A DNA stretch of 64,000 nucleotides from Felis catus (Eukaryota): contig NC_058368.1 in assembly GCF_018350175.1 (NCBI RefSeq), positions 222,086,001 to 222,150,000 on the forward strand, given 5' to 3'. Both the position numbers and the translations under genes were made by a program. Shown piece by piece: positions 50,190 to 63,628 of the stretch. How positions within the stretch are numbered: the stretch's first letter is position 1; each line of letters opens with the position of its first letter. The notes beneath the pieces are model-generated. The model searched no databases. It saw nothing but the letters and a program-made list of their open reading frames with translations, and had not been told where the DNA came from.

Positions 50190-52550
50190 TATGACTGATG
50201 CAACTTGAATGAAGAATGTTTCTTTGGACCAATCACCACATCCAGAAAGCAGAGATTAAGCATTTGTGATGTGACTAAAATCCTTATTACCTGGAAGTCT
50301 GAGGCAGTTTCTGTCCTTCTAGAATGAGAAACTGAATATCTAAATAGGCGGTGGCCATCCTATATGTAAAAATAGAACACGGACCCACAACTGCAGCAAC
50401 CACTTTGGATCATGGCCTCTGTAGCATTTGGCCCTGGATGGGAAGGGATTGCTTGAGGACTAACAGCTTCCCTAATTTTTGCCTTCTAGACCCAACTTGG
50501 AATCAATGACAAAAAGCCAATTATCCTTCCTAAATGCTCACACAGAATGCCCCACTTCTAGGAAGCCCAATCTTCTGTCTCCCCGTACCAACAATCTCCT
50601 ATCAGGGTGTAAAAGAACCTTTCGATGTTTCTACCACAAATCTTTCCCCCATCCCCTGCTTGCTTTTTAGTCCCTGCCAAATGCAAGTAATGGTCGCTGA
50701 TCCTCTGGCTGTCTCAGGCTCTGATAAATATCCTTTGCTTGTTCTCATTTGGGAAGTTTTGGGTTATTTTCACACTATTAAGGAGAATGCAACAACCTTT
50801 ATGCTAAATGCACCTAACTATGCAAGCCTTTACTTTTTACCTAAAGAAACATCATTTTGGTTCATGTTACCAAAGAAGGCTCCCTTTGACTTGAAACCTT
50901 GGGATCGCTGCTAGATTAGTGGAAGCCTCCACCTTCCTCCCTTATTTTCCTTTTCTCATTTGTGCACTGTCTTATTGATTCCCTATATGGTAGCAACATT
51001 ATTCTCCAAACTAGCCCAGTGTATTTAAACTCACGTTACTACTACTTATGAGATTCTTTTGTGATAGGCATGTCATATTATCAGCAAAAAATGCTTTGCT
51101 TTTAACCTGATATCCTTTTCTGCCTCCAAGATGAATTGTAACCACATATTTCCCTGATAGATATTTAAACTCTCATCTTGTCCAACAGAGTCGACTTAAA
51201 TGGCATACCTTTAATCAATCCTGATCTCATATTATCTGTTGACAGTCTCTACCTTAGGGGAGAAAAAAAATAAGAAGGTAACCTTATTTTGGATATGCTA
51301 TTACTTCTGAACACTCCGTCACCTGGATAGTTGAATTATTTCATGTAATTGGAACATGCAACCTAGCCTGAGGCAGGAGAAAGAGAGAGAGTGGCAGAGA
51401 GAGGGAGAGAGAGACAGACAGAAAGAGCAAGAGAGACAGAGAGAGGGACAGAGATAGACACTTATATACAGTTAGTATTAAGACAGTATTAGTATATATA
51501 TAAATATTAGGAGTTGTTGATTTTGTGATGTAGGCTTTTCATGTTCTGCTCTATAGCCGCAGGTAAAGAAAAATATTTAAATAGTAAGAATGTACTTGAT
51601 TCTTTAGGAATTATGCTATTAAGTTAAAAACACACTAGTGAAGTAGAAATAGAATCTAAGGTGAATTCTCTGGTACATTTCCCACAGGATGTGCTGCCTT
51701 TTGTAGACTGATTCCCATGTTTCTTCTCCTTTTGTAAAGTTACTTATCTGAAAGGATTGTAACAATCCACATATTCTTATCAACTTATAAAGCATTAGAT
51801 GGTATTCTAAAATTATTTACCTATTAAGATTTATATGATGGTTCAATCATAGCCAACTGATGATGCCTAAATTCATATAAAGAACTTTAGCAACTGTACT
51901 ACGTGGATATAACTAAAATATTAAAAATGGCTTGGAATCAATGTTACTAAAATATCAATGGAAGACGGGTGTGTGGAGAGGCACAAGCGTGCCTTATTGA
52001 CAATGCGATCACTAACCCAGCTCTAGTAAGTCTGGAAGGCTGAGGGAAAACTTTAAACCAGCATCGCAAGCCCTTTTCAACACTGGTAAATGAACATCGT
52101 ACAAACACCTTAATCCTAAGGATATCAATATATCCTTAAATGATTTGTAAATGACCAACCAAAGAACCAAGAGGGAAGGAGGAGGAAATTTTCGATCCCT
52201 ACAAGCTTTACCAAGTGATGGAAAAACTCTTTTCATAAGCAAATCCCATCAAAGATTTTCAAGGTGGTCATGTTCTCCGAAGCATGATTATCCTCATAGC
52301 CTGAAAATACAGAAAAGGTAGAGAAATTAAATCATGTGTCCAAACAGACGTTACCTGACCTTTCAGAAAAATTTCATCTTCCTTGGTCAAAGGTGTTTCT
52401 CCTATTTGCTTCTCTTTCCCCACAGGTTTTCCTTTTCCTTTTCCATGAAGTCATTTCTTGGTGACCTATAACCAGTTCTTCAGCACTGTGTTTAGTGTCT
52501 AAAATGTAGACAGAGACTGATGTAACAATCCCTTCATGGGACTATCCACA
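50190..52550 (+). mobile_element. pol: Decayed ERV1 (gamma-like) pol: RT thumb/connection, RNase H and integrase
   Basis: + strand peptides: ~50801 MLNAPNYASLYFL (LPNY.KPF.L); ~51035 TTTYEILL; ~51187 RVDLNGIPLINPDLILSVDSLYL (RNase H start); ~51291 GYAITS; ~52070 PFQHW*MNIVQTP and GYQYIL (integrase, first Asp region); ~52205 LPSDGKTLF (SD.G..F); ~52306 TEKVEKLNHVSKQTLPDLSEKFHLPWSKVF (GKVER.N..LK..L..L.....LPW). Confidence 0.85.
50365..50774 (+). mobile_element. ERV1 solo LTR (MER34-like) inserted into the older pol
   Basis: Starts tgtaaaaatagaacacggacccacaactgcagcaac, ends tcctttgcttgttctcatttgggaagttttgggttattttcaca; pol peptides flank both sides. Confidence 0.65.
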
Positions 52551-53454
52551 GAGCTATCTTAATATTAGAATTCAGTATTGAGATTGTAGTTATAAGAACA
52601 CTTCAAAACAGAGTCAATTGAATTTTAAAAGAAATCTGGCTATTTTACTGGACAGAATAGAAAACGGATTTGGTTGATTTGCCATTTAGATTCCTAATTT
52701 CATCTGAGGCCTGCTGTCCCCTGAGATGAAGGGACAAGGATTCTGGCCGGGCAGGTAACTCTAACCAGTTTTCAAGTGTCAAATCTGAATAACTGTGTCC
52801 TAATTCTTTCGGTTCCTTTTTCCATTCTTCCTCTCAAAGAATCTTCTGCACGCAAGGGTTTTATGTTGTTGTTGTTTTTCAAAAAAGAAATATATCTCAA
52901 ATTCTTGAACCTTTCTTTGTAGCTTTGCCCCTTGGTGTGGAAATCTCCAGGATGCAAAAGAAAGGAGAAACTCAAAACATTCATCTTCATTAAAAACAAA
53001 CAAACAAACAAAAACGAAACAAAATGAAATGAAACAAAACAAAAACCAGATAATTCTAATGACCAGGTAACAAAACCTTTTACCAATGATTTTTTTTTTA
53101 GGTTTTTACATTAAATTCTTTTAAAATCTTGAAGAAATGACTAATTGAGTTATCATTGGCCCTTGCTTATAAACTGGTTTATATGGTAAACCACTCTGTA
53201 ATTTTTGTTACAATTCTTTGAAGGAGTTCACAGAACTGAGTGGCATTGACCTAACAAAGCCCCTCTGCTCCCATCTACTTATTTCTGAGAATGGGATTTC
53301 TCAGTGCTTAAATGTGTAAAAATGAGAATATAGGAACAGATATAACGATGACCCAGTCACATTCTAGCAAAAAGCAAGATTCATCTATGAAGACGTGAAT
53401 TTACAGGTAAACACTTATTAAGAAATTAATTTTTCCAAAAATACTTTAAAAATC

Positions 53455-53666
53455 TTTTTTAATGTTTTTATTTATTTTTGAGAGACAGAGCACAAGCAGA
53501 GGAGAGGCAGAGAGACAGGGAGACACAGAATCCCAGAATCTGAAGCAGGCTGCAGGCTCTGAGCTGTCAGCATAGAGCCTGACGCGGGGCTAGAACGCTC
53601 CAACCGCAAGATCACGATCCCAGCCGAAGTCGGCCGCTTAACTGACCAAGCCACCCAGGCGCCGCC
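53455..53666 (-). mobile_element. SINEC
   Basis: Reverse SINE, CpG retained. Confidence 0.95.
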
Positions 53667-54954
53667 AAAAACGCTTTTTTAAATAATTGTACTTCAAAAT
53701 CTGCCACGTGTTTATGCTTTTGTTCAAGTTTTTAACAAATAATAATGAAATTAATAAGTCAAAAGAAACAAAAGCACAAACTATACGGCAACAGAAAATT
53801 TAAATTTTGAATTGTCTCAGTGTCCACAGTATCGATATGTGGCTGGCAAACACTAAAACGAATCAACCTAATCGGTAAACGTTTCGTAGAGAAACTGCAA
53901 AGGCATGAACTCTGGAGCTCTTTGCCTTTGAAAAGCTCACAAAGGTGCGAGTGGTGGCGATTTTAGGGATGGCAGGAATTGCCCAGAAACCAAAGGCCCT
54001 TCCTCTGTGTCTCTGAATTCCACACCTTGCAGGGTTTTCCTAACACTGAAGGAGGGGAAAGGGGCCTTTAAAATAGCAGGTGTTTAATTTTTTCACAAAT
54101 TAATTTCAGTAGGGGCAGAGGCACATTTAACTTTGTTTAGAAAATTACGCGAGAGTGGCAGTTTGCCCCTGAGCGTTGTGAAGAAACTTTGTACCCCTTC
54201 AGAGCAGCGTCACCAGCTTGTGCGTTTCCTGGGGACAGTGACAGAGTTTGGCGTGTTGATGGATCCTAGACCTCTCCTCCATCAGACTCCATAATGGGTC
54301 AGTAGAAAGACTGTTGGGTCATGAGGACCAGCCTTTGCAAAAGCAGGGATAAGAATCCAGGCGTCACCAACTATCATCTCTGAAGATACCATCTGCCTGA
54401 CATCTTTTTTTCAGAGGGCCCTTTCTCTCTGAAACTTCACTTGCTTTCATAAATGGTTAAATGGACAATTCTGAAGTGTCCTCTTTCTGGTCTTTCCAGT
54501 GGAAAAACTCTGAAAGTAGTCTGAGCTGACATTGTAGACTTTTCTATTTTCTTGATAGAAGTATCTCCTTGCAGGAGAGTTTAAATGTCTTTTTAAACAA
54601 AAACTGAAAAGCATTGTCAGTAGTTCTACGTTTCTAACAATTACCAAATTGACTGAGAGCATTTGAAAGTATCATGCTCTTCCTGTGTTTGCTTTTATTT
54701 AATATAGCTGTCTGGAAAGATAGACTGTCCTTTTCAGGAAGGGCAAAATTGATCTTGGTTAGTATTACTGTTGTATCAATGCATTAGTTTTTAATTAGTG
54801 GTAATTGTGCCCCGGGTAGCCCTCATTGGCTACTATACTGCCACGGGACAAAACTTCAACGCAGTAGATTGTGGAGAAAGCAATGTGGTGTTGGTACAAG
54901 AGCAGCGACTTTGAGTATAAATAGTACCTGACTTGAATCCTGATTCTCTCACCT

Positions 54955-55130
54955 TTGTTTTTTTTAATTTTTATTTATTTATGAGACAGAGGGCAACAGA
55001 GAATCTCAAGCAGGCTCTGCACTGCCAGCACAGAGCTGGATGCTGGGCTTGAACTCATGACCCATGAAATCATGACCTGAGCCCAAACCCAGAGTTAGAT
55101 GCTTAACCCACTGAGCCACGCAGGCGCCCC
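54955..55130 (-). mobile_element. SINEC inserted in a MIR remnant (~54878-55240)
   Basis: Reverse SINE; upstream agcaatgtggtgttggtacaagagcagcgactttgagt..ttgaatcctgattct is MIR-like. Confidence 0.9.
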
Positions 55131-55824
55131 CATCACTTTTTTAACCATTTACTTCAGATATTTGGTTAATTGTTATGTAATTGACACTTCATAATTTTAA
55201 AAATATCAAACATTGCTAATTTGTGAAGACTAGATGAATACTTTGTATTTATATAAACATATGTATCATATGATTAATTTATATATTCTGGCAATATGTC
55301 TCAAAGGGATGGGGGCCCATATTAAAAGGTAATATTTTTGAAATTTATTTTATTATAATAATAGATAAAAATAAGTTCTTCCCTATTATACAAAATAGTA
55401 CAATAGAAAAGAGCTTGGAAAACTCACACAGTTCTCTGCCTCCTTTCTTTGAGCCTGTTTTTGTCTGTTTTAAATAACTGAGTTGGATTTATTGACATTA
55501 TTTTCGAATCTAACATTTTGGTGTTCCTCATCACAGAAATCAATTTATCCTTAACCTCACAAGATGTATTTCCCTTGATGGGAAACCTAAGAACACACCT
55601 ATCAGAGTTCTAATTCTTCCTTACAGTATAGGTCTCCTCTAACCTGAGTCATATTTACAGGCCTTCTTTTTTTTTTCATAATTTGTGTAGATTTGGCATT
55701 CTTGGCTATGAAGTAAGAGTAAATGGTATAAAGAGTGCACTATTACACTACACTAAACCTGTTATAACAGTAACCTTTTAAAACAGGAATATTAATTTTA
55801 TCCCTTATCTTTTTTTTTCCTTGC

Positions 55825-56372
55825 AGGTAGATAACATACAATGTAATATTAGTCGCAGGTGCACCGTATAGTGATTCAACACTTCTGTACAACACCTGGT
55901 GCTCATCACAAGAGTACTCTTTAATCCCCATCTTACCCTATTTACACCTACTTCCCCTCTGGTCAGTATTACTTTGTTCTATATAATTAAGAGTGTGTTT
56001 CTTGGTTTTCCTCTCTCTCTCTCTTTCATCCTATGATTGTTTGCTTTGTTTCTTAAATTCCACATACGAGTGAAATCGTACGGTATTTCTCTTCCTCTGA
56101 CCGACTTATTTCACTCAGCATAATACTCTCTAGCTCCTTCCATGTCATTACAAATGGGAAAGTTTCGTTCTTTTTTGTGGTCGAGTAGTTTTGCATTGTA
56201 TATACATACCACATCTTCTTAATGCATTCATCAGTTGATGGACATTTGGACTGTTTCCATAATTTGGCTATTCTAGATAATGCTGCTATAAATGTTGGGG
56301 TGCATGTATCCCTTTGAATTAGCATTTTTGTATTCTTTAGGTAAATAAGTAATAGTGTAATTGCTGGATCAG
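55825..56372 (-). mobile_element. L1 3' end including ORF2 C-terminus (carnivore L1)
   Basis: ORF 56053..56433(-): DPAITLLLIY..TCTPTFIAALSRIAKLWKQSKCPSTDECIKKMWYVYTMQNYS..TWKELESIMLSEIS = L1 ORF2p C-terminus, followed by L1 3' UTR. Confidence 0.95.
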
Positions 56373-57424
56373 TATCCTTTATCTTGAATGTGTTTTGGCA
56401 TCTTTTATGTTGATCTACTTTGAGTGAATACATTACAAGAGCAGGTGTTAATTTGGAGTGTTCACATCCTTACTACTCCAAGATAACAGTGTGATTTCCT
56501 TTGGGGAATAGGTGCATTTTAACTCTGCATACCTAACCAGTATCCCCTTGAGCATGAACATGCAGTATGAAATTCTCATTGCCTTTGTAGATGTGATTTC
56601 AGGGATCAATTCCAAACTAAGTAGAGAAATTGATGTACTATTACTAAGTTACAGTCACAGATGTTGACTTTAGGCCTGATTAAAATTAAAATTATGAATA
56701 TTCATAATTCTAAAATTCTCAGAGAATAAAGTAGCATTTTAGATACAGAGATACATATATAGACAGTAATATCATCTTGTAAAATAAATGCTGTCATTTA
56801 GTTAATGTGCTTGTCATTACTTAGTGCTAATTATGTTTCAGAAGGTAACATTATAAATGTTGCTTTTATAACTTTCCACATTCCATCTTCAAACACACAG
56901 GCATATGTGTGTGCGTGCACACACACACACATACACACAATTACATGGTTGCTATGGTAAAATGATTTCCCTGAAAAAATGTTTGCTTCAATTTATTATA
57001 ATCAAATTTATTATATTCTCAACAAGCTTTGTGCTTTTGAGCAGATAAGTTTTAACTCGTGTGGGGATGATTGTTATTCAACTGACATACAAAAATCCAG
57101 CATAAAGGCCTTTTTGTATTTTTGTATTTCTTCAGTAACACTTAAGAGATCCTTGCCAAGTGCAAAGAAATCTTTCCTATGTTGCTAAATGTTGTTTTAA
57201 CACTTGAAGATGTTTATCCTGCATCTTTATAATTTACTAAAAGATGTTTAAACTTAAATTATCTTCTACTTGGCTAACGTTCCATGAATTCAGATATAAA
57301 GACATCCTTAAAATTCCATATCCTAACCTGTTACTAAAATGAAAATTGAAATTAAAATCCAAATAGCCTAATTTTGTACGTTGATGTTTTTAAAAAACTA
57401 AAAAAAAATCAAATTTCTTTGTCA

Positions 57425-57637
57425 TTTTTAAATTTTATTTATTTATTTTGTGTGTGTGAGAGAGAGACAGAGCGCACATGCAGGAGGGGCAGAGAGAGAA
57501 GGAGAGAGAGTCCCAAGCAGGCTCCTTGCTGTCAGTGCAGAGCCCAACACAGAGCCCAGACCCACAAACTGTGAGATCATGACCGGAGCTAAAACCAGGA
57601 ATTGGACACTTAACTGACTGAGCCACCCAAGTGCCCC
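57425..57637 (-). mobile_element. SINEC
   Basis: Reverse SINE. Confidence 0.93.
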
Positions 57638-58390
57638 ACAGAGTTGTCAAAATCATTCTTAAAATCTCTAATAGGAAATTTCTATACTGTTCTTAATATG
57701 TCTACTATTTTTTCCTCTTATGTTAGAATGCTTTTTCTTTAGATAAGAAACAACTGAGCGGTTGTTTTACTTAGAGTCAGAACTCCACTAAAAATATGTG
57801 CCCCTTACAAAAGAATCACACTCAAATAGATCAGATGCTCATATTACGAAAGCCACGGTGGATTTTAGACAAACTGAGTGAGCATCAGCTATAAGTTTCC
57901 CTTCTCATCTAGTTTATGTTCTTTTGTGAGAGGGGCCAAGGATAGGAATTTATTATTTATATTTCATCTTTCCTTCCTTTTTTATTCATTTTGGCTGAGT
58001 GACTTCTATTTCAATTTCTCTACATTAAATATGTATACAAAATAAGACTCCATTATAAAATATTTTTCTATTTACAAAGAGATAACTATTGATATGGTTC
58101 TTAACAAAAATGCTGAAAATATTATTAATCAGTGTAGTTTAGGTTAATGTGTGTACGAGTTTTTATAAAAATAAAAAAAATTGCATCATTCTGACATAGT
58201 GCTGATTTTTGTAGGAAGTGAGACAAGGTAAAGATACTCTTTGACCAACTGAGTTGGCAACTAAGAATATATTTCTAAATCAAATGCAGCATATATTTTG
58301 TTCAAAAATTTTCTTTGGAGTTAAAATGAATCTGTAGAATGTCTTCTGACCGTGTTATATGATTTTTCAATACCTGTCACAGGAGGCAAA

Positions 58391-58606
58391 TTTTTTTTTA
58401 TTTTTTAATGTTTATATATTTTTGAGAGAGAGAGAGAGAGAGAGAGAGCTGGGGAGGGGCAGAGAGAGGGAGATACAGAATCTGAAGCAGGGTCCAGCCT
58501 CTGAGCTGTCAGGACATAACCTTACATGGGCTCGAACTCAGGAACCATGAGATCATGACCTGAGTCAAAGTCAGATGCTTAACTGACTGAGCCACGCAGG
58601 TACCCC
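58391..58606 (-). mobile_element. SINEC
   Basis: Reverse SINE with (GA)n tract. Confidence 0.93.
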
Positions 58607-58734
58607 GTAAAATATATTTTATCTGCTCATCACTACTATCTTTTTTGGAAAAAAAATAACTAGTTATACCTTTTATAATTTCTATGCTAGTAACAGTGTG
58701 ACATTCAAATCAAATTTTTAATATAAAGGATTTT

Positions 58735-58957
58735 GGGGCGCCTGGGTGGCGCAGTCGGTTAAGCGTCCGACTTCAGCCAGGTCACGATCTCGCGGTCCGT
58801 GAGTTCGAGCCCCGCGTCGGGCTCTGGGCTGATGGCTCGGAGCCTGGAGCCTGTTTCCGATTCTGTGTCTCCCTCTCTCTCTGCCCCTCCCCCGTTCATG
58901 CTCTGTCTCTCTCTGCCCCAAAAATAAATAAAATCGTTGAAAAAAATTAAAAAAAAA
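58735..58957 (+). mobile_element. Very young SINEC_Fc-type SINE
   Basis: Essentially consensus with CpGs intact; 18-bp TSD tttaatataaaggatttt at 58717-58734 and 58958-58975. Confidence 0.98.
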
Positions 58958-59017
58958 TTTAATATAAAGGATTTTGCTTTTCAGTAGTTGTTCACCAAAT
59001 GAGTAAGTTTAGAAATC

Positions 59018-59920
59018 TGTGGCAGACATCCTCTCAAGACAGCCACTATTCAATCCTTCCCACCCCATGTATTCAGGCAATTATATTCAATCAAAACCTA
59101 GAGTCTGTTTCACCTACCCTTAACCTGGGCTGGCCTTGTTACTTGCTTTGGTTAACATAATGTGAGTCACTGATGCTGTCCAAATATCAGATCTGGTTAC
59201 TCATTTATTCAGGTATTTACAGTTGACATGTATTTGACATATAGTGCTGTGTAAGTTCAAGGTGTACGACATGCTAGCTTGGTCCGTTTATATATCGTAA
59301 GACATGCTAGCTTGGTCCGTTTATATATTGTAATATGATCCCCATTGTAGCAAGAATTAGCACCTATATCACATCCTGTAATTATCATTTCTTTTTTGCA
59401 GTAAGAACAATTAGGGTCTAGTCTCTTATGACGTTTGATTACTATAATACAATATTGTTGTTTATATTCACTTAATCTCCAGGATTTATTCCAGGAGATT
59501 TATTTATCTACCAGTTGCAAGTTTGCACCCTTCATGTTATTTCAGGTCTAGTAGTTGAAGTGTAAGAAGTTCAGCAGCTTCTGGGGAAAGACACGCACCA
59601 TGTAGCAAATCCCACTTTCCCAAGGCTACCACATTGGAAGGAAGCTCAATCAAGCTACTCAGAATTGCAACATGGAACAGAACTGAGGAATCTGGACAGC
59701 AGCGCAACTGAGACTCTGACTTAGACCTAAGTTGAGTAATCTCAGCTGACCACAACCATTCCAGCTATCCCAGCCAAGATCTCAGATACTACAGAGAAGA
59801 CATAGTCATTGCTGCCCTGCCTTATCTGAATTCCCTAATCTAAAAAAAAAAATCATAAGGAACTGAAATGGTTTTTCTTTGGGGTAAGTCATTATATAGC
59901 CCTAGATTAATATAACATAG
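59018..59920 (+). mobile_element. MaLR LTR (MLT1H/G-like) split by an antisense L1 3' fragment (~59200-59535)
   Basis: tgtggcagacatcctctc..ctgggctggccttgttacttgctttgg; L1 tail tttattcaggtatttacagttgacat..gtaagttcaaggtgtacgacatg..agtttgcaccctt; LTR resumes with cagctgaccacaacc..cccagccaag. Confidence 0.6.
59268..59333. repeat. 33-bp tandem duplication gacatgctagcttggtccgtttatatat[c/t]gtaa
   Basis: 59268-59300 and 59301-59333, one mismatch. Confidence 0.92.
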
Positions 59921-61327
59921 TCTTATTCTGGAGGACCAGATTGTGCTACATCTGATAAATGATAATAACAGTAAAAATAATTACTATTTTTTGATCTCCT
60001 ACTTTGGTTAAGTAGGGATTTTATACATAAAATCATATATAATTTTTATTATAACCTTCAGAGGTAGGCACTATTATTGACCTGCAGAAACTAAGACTTG
60101 GAGAAAAGACTGTAGGAGATATATCATGAAGAAGAAGTTCCTAGAACTCTCTCCCCATTCTCCTGAAAGAGAAGTAAACACAGAGACTTATGGTGACAAA
60201 AAGACGAAGGCTCACAATTTGTAATATTGAATTTGTGTTTTATAATAATTCCATTGAGAGAAGCCAGAGACTCAATCTGCCACACAACTTCTTAAAATAT
60301 CAAGATCTAAGTACTTATTTTCTACATGAGTAAACCCTAAACCCTACCTAAGAGCTTTGAGTGTGCTCAGGCGACCCTTAATTTAGAAAAATGAAACATC
60401 ATGACGTGAAGGAGAGGAAAGAAGTCATAGTCATAAATTGGCAAACTTCAAAAAGACTGCCTAAAAGGATACTGGAAACTTACATTTGAAGGTCAAGTTT
60501 TATACAGAAAAACCCATATGATACACAAAGTACTGTTTTTTTTTTCCCCTTGGAAATTAAATATTGAAGATCTATTCAGTCACCGCTATCTTTGGAAAAG
60601 TGAAATAAAAAGAAACTTTTTATTGCCTGAGATGTAAAAGTTTAGGTTGTATCATGTGGTCCTGATGATTAGAGAGACAGAGTTCCTCCTCAGAATCTTT
60701 CCATCTCAACAATGGCACGTCCTGGCACATCCAATTTCAGCTATTTTAGGAACTCAACTCAACTTGTTCTTCTTTTTGAGTTTTGGCACATGCTGATTTC
60801 AGGTTAACAGTAGTTGAGAGAGAAACAGAAACTTCAGAAATGCCACAAATGTCACAGAAAGAGACAATTTCTTATAGGATAGAAATCCACAGAAAATATG
60901 CTATTGAGGAGCTGTTTTCTTTCTCATCTACTACATGCTCAAGATGTTAACCTCATGTTTCTCCTCTTACACAATAGTAAATCTGCTGAAAATTAAACAG
61001 AGTAACTAATCCGAGTCTGAAGTCTATAAAGAAAACCAGGGGAAGGTACTATAGTTAGAAAAGGCTTTTGGAATTTGGAAGAGGGGTGATTTCCCTTCAA
61101 ATCAGATGAGGAGTGTTTAGAACAGCCTTTTTAGAGATGAGTCTACTGATGAATTTGGAAACGAGTTAATAAAGTAAGTTATAGGCCATATAAAATTATG
61201 TGACTCATGTGGGATTTGTGTGTTTAGGAAAGTTATGATTTAATTGTGGAGAAAAAGACTACCATTTTTAGTGTTTGGATTAAGACAGGATAGAGTTTGA
61301 ATTCCAAGTCTATAATATTTTTAGAAT

Positions 61328-61520
61328 TTTTTTTTAATTTATTTTGAGAGGGAGCAAGCACAAGCAAGGGAGGGGCAGAGAGAGAAGGAGAGAGATTCCC
61401 AAGCCAGTTCCATGCTCAGCGTGGTACCTCGTGTGGGGCTCGATCTCATGACTGAGAGAGGAAGAACCTTTAATGATGACCTGAGCTGATATCAGGATGG
61501 AGCCATCCAGGTGCCCCCCC
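61328..61520 (-). mobile_element. SINEC (diverged)
   Basis: Reverse SINE. Confidence 0.88.
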
Positions 61521-61670
61521 AAGTCTTTCATACTTTTGATCTGTGGCTTATCCCTCTAAGCTAATATTTTTCCCTTTTATCCTAAAGGTAATAATTTCCA
61601 AGTGTCTAATTAATTAATTATTGTTTCTAAATATAATCAATAACTTAGATTATAAAATAAAATTTATCCA

Positions 61671-61912
61671 GGGGCACCTGAGGGGCTCAGTCGGTGAAGC
61701 GTCCAACTTTGTCTCAGGTCATGAACTCATGGTTCCCGGGTTTGAGCCCCGCATTGGACTCTGTGCTGACTGCACAGGCTCAGTGCAGCTCAGAGCCTGG
61801 AGTCTGCTTTTAATTCTGTGTCTCCCTCTCTCTCTGCCCTTCCCCCACTTGTGCTCTGTCTCTCTTTCTCAAAAATAAATAACATTAAAAAATTAAAAAA
61901 TAAAATAAAAAA
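61671..61912 (+). mobile_element. SINEC
   Basis: Head ggggcacctgaggggctcagtcgg; TSD aaaataaaatttatcca. Confidence 0.95.
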
Positions 61913-62062
61913 AATAAAATTTATCCAAAATGAAGGACTGAAGATATGATTTCACTGATTTAAATAAACTGTCATATTTGAACCATAATAGTTTAGGTAT
62001 TTAGGCATTATGTAATTGTTTTTATAGATTTACTCGGAAAAACCTCACTTTTTATCATTTCC

Positions 62063-62288
62063 TTTTTTTTATGTTTATTCATTTTTGAAAGACAGAGACA
62101 GAGCACAAGCAGGGGTGGGGTGGAGAGAGGGGGACACAGAAGCAGAAGCAGGCTCCAGGCTCCGAGCTGTCAGCACAGAGCCCGACACGGGGCTCGAACC
62201 CACGAACCGCGAGATCATGACCTGAGCCGAAGTCGGACGCCCAACCGACTGAGCCACCCAGGCGCCCCAATATCATTTCCTTAAAGTG
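62063..62288 (-). mobile_element. SINEC
   Basis: Reverse SINE, CpG-rich; TSD tatcatttcctt. Confidence 0.96.
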
Positions 62289-63446
62289 ACTTCACGTTAT
62301 GTTCTTCCAGTAACCAATGATGATAGTAGTGTTCTTAACAGAAAACATCATCTTCACGCCCTCAGCTATAGCTCTGGGGTGGGAATAGGGGTGCAGATCG
62401 GGGCAGAGACAAGTTGTTTAGGATACCTGGAAATGTTCCTACTTTGTGAGCCTTAAGAACTTAATAACACTTTCATTCTTCCCTCTCTACATTCATTTTG
62501 AAAAGGTGCCTAAAAAATTCCTTCCAGCAAGCAAACAACGGCGTCCAGAAAACCAGGTTTGGTCCTGCACTAGAAAGCGGTATTCAAACAGGGGGCCCAG
62601 CTATTCAGTAGGAAACTCATGCCAGCTAATTCAGACTTTCACTCGAAGATTGAATATGACCAGCGCTGCTTCCAGCACCTGTAGCAGATGGTCAGCGGAG
62701 CCGACACTGCCCCAGTCAGCACATCTCCGTCTTTAAATCCCCATGTACAAGTCACAGATGGCAGGGGGAGTGTCACTCTGTGGGTCATGGGCTCTGAAAA
62801 CAGACCTCAGCCCACCTGAGACACACTGCTAAAGACATGCCTGCCTCGACTGAAAATGAGCCAAATCCAGGCTCTGCCCTGGGATAATCAGAGCACTGGA
62901 CAAAAACCAGTGCAAACTCTAAGTGTGTATCTGCAGAGTGAGGGCTTATATGCACCCAGTATATTTAAATCTCGACTACAACACACATAAAAATCATTAA
63001 CAGAAACAAAAAGCTAATTTTTTTTTTCAATTTCTTCTTCCTCTCTTTGAATCCAGTAGGAAGAACGTCTTATAGGCGAAACGGAAACAAATGTTTTCTC
63101 ACCCTCCCCTCCTCCAAACCCCTTGACTTTAATGAAAGGTTACCACAGGATGGAAAGGTCCTGTAAGCCTGTTTTGTTTGCTCAGGCAACAGTTACTAGA
63201 ATTGGCCACCACTGTTGAAAAATCATGAAGTATCCATCTACACATCTATTTTGCTTGTATACCTTAGAAAAATAAAGACCATTTCATCTTAGCTCGTTGG
63301 AATATCTGGCCATGACCTCAGTGGAGATGTGTGCGTCACTTGTGTGCTAAGAAGACAGATGCCAGACTTTTCCTGCTGACTTACACCTGGGCTGCATCAC
63401 TCATGGATGTCACATGCCTGGTCCCTAGTTTGGAACATTTGAAACA

Positions 63447-63628
63447 CTTGTTCTCAAACTCTAAAGTGTCTCATATCACCCAGAGGGCTTGTTGAACAGA
63501 TTGTTCCAGCCCATTCCCAGAGTTTCTGATTCTATAGTGTCTTGAGGCTCAAAAATATGCATTTCTAAAAAGTTTCCAGATGATACTGATGATGCTGTTC
63601 TGGAGACTGTAACTGAGAACTATTCCTC
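63447..63628. mobile_element. MER5A-like hAT MITE
   Basis: gttctcaaactctaaagtg..cccagagtttctgattc..tgcatttctaaaaagtttccagatgatactgatgatgctg..tgagaac. Confidence 0.75.

Noticed and set aside
52012..52470. Apparent minus-strand exons and ORF (ttttcag|GYEDNHASEN.., ..DEIFLKGQ|gt)
   Set aside because: The + strand is ERV integrase, and the implied intron would be only ~50 nt.
8590..62276. Recurring MAQSV.. / GRLGGSV.. ORFs
   Set aside because: These are translations of SINEC copies, not a gene family.
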